From: Candidatus Woesearchaeota archaeon
GTDB taxonomy: Archaea; Nanobdellota; Nanobdellia; Woesearchaeales; GW2011-AR15
Direction of reading: 5' to 3'
DNA length: 64,000 nucleotides
NCBI GenBank assembly: GCA_016928835.1
Contig: JAFGJW010000006.1
Location: forward strand, 180,191 to 244,190
The notes beneath the pieces were generated by a model, which was not told the origin of the DNA, made no database searches, and saw nothing but the letters and a program-made list of their open reading frames with translations. Each line of letters starts with the position of its first letter. The first letter of the stretch is position 1. The translations under genes were made by a program, and so were the position numbers. Below, piece after piece: positions 63,852 to 64,000 of the stretch.

Positions 63852-64000
63852 GTATCCGGCGCTGAGGAAGGTCCTTCTAATATATTCTTCTGGAGAATAG
63901 GTTAAATTGGCCTGCCTGAGCTCTAGTTTTAATCCTGGAAATTTCGAGGCAAGAATCCTAAAAAAATTAATTTTTTATCACCCCAGTTTTTTGCCCTGCT

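Noticed and set aside
1-64000. A search for CRISPR arrays, rRNA genes, transposases, integrases and terminal inverted repeats around the compositional islands.
   Set aside because: I saw no direct-repeat/spacer periodicity, no rRNA-like conserved blocks and no DDE, tyrosine or serine recombinase motifs in any ORF. The GC-rich islands are therefore not supported as intact mobile elements. A manual scan cannot exclude short or degenerate repeats.

Overview
The window is an AT-rich, very gene-dense archaeal chromosome segment. By eye it is roughly one-third GC; hand counts of single 60-nt lines in ordinary genes gave 23-35%. It most likely comes from a small DPANN-type genome (Woese-/Pacearchaeota-like), which is an inference. 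Archaeal hallmarks are the uS13-uS4-uS11-RpoD-tRNA-L18e-uL13-uS9 cluster, aIF5B, CDP-archaeol synthase, class III signal peptide pilins with FlaJ/TadC-like platform genes, NurA/HerA-like genes, an MCM-type AAA+ protein, and two tRNA genes with several non-canonical introns. Many bacterial-looking genes are mixed in: nrdR-nrdD-nrdG, rsmI, a Zn-lid adenylate kinase, iscS-iscU, patatin, PspC and RelA/SpoT-family genes. I saw no rRNA, CRISPR array, transposase or integrase. The strongest candidate for an undescribed system is a GC-richer two-gene island at 26925-30931. It encodes a 569-aa protein with a RelA/SpoT-type HD hydrolase signature, followed by a 709-aa protein with a diverged RelA/SpoT synthetase-like signature. 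This resembles a giant, split or toxSAS/SAH-like alarmone module in an archaeon, and a third RelA/SpoT synthetase gene sits at 9545-10561. Other notable items: Arg/Gly-rich orphan genes and an (AG)9 tract flanking herA; an NrdD fused to a glutaredoxin-like domain under paired NrdR boxes; an isc operon with a Cys-rich HTH regulator, a 20-bp perfect palindrome and an unlisted small Cys ORF; a GC-rich structured intergenic RNA candidate; an N-terminally truncated MCM coupled to a Memo-like gene; and a lipid head-group operon led by a radical SAM/SPASM enzyme. All family assignments come from motif recognition by eye, with no database search.
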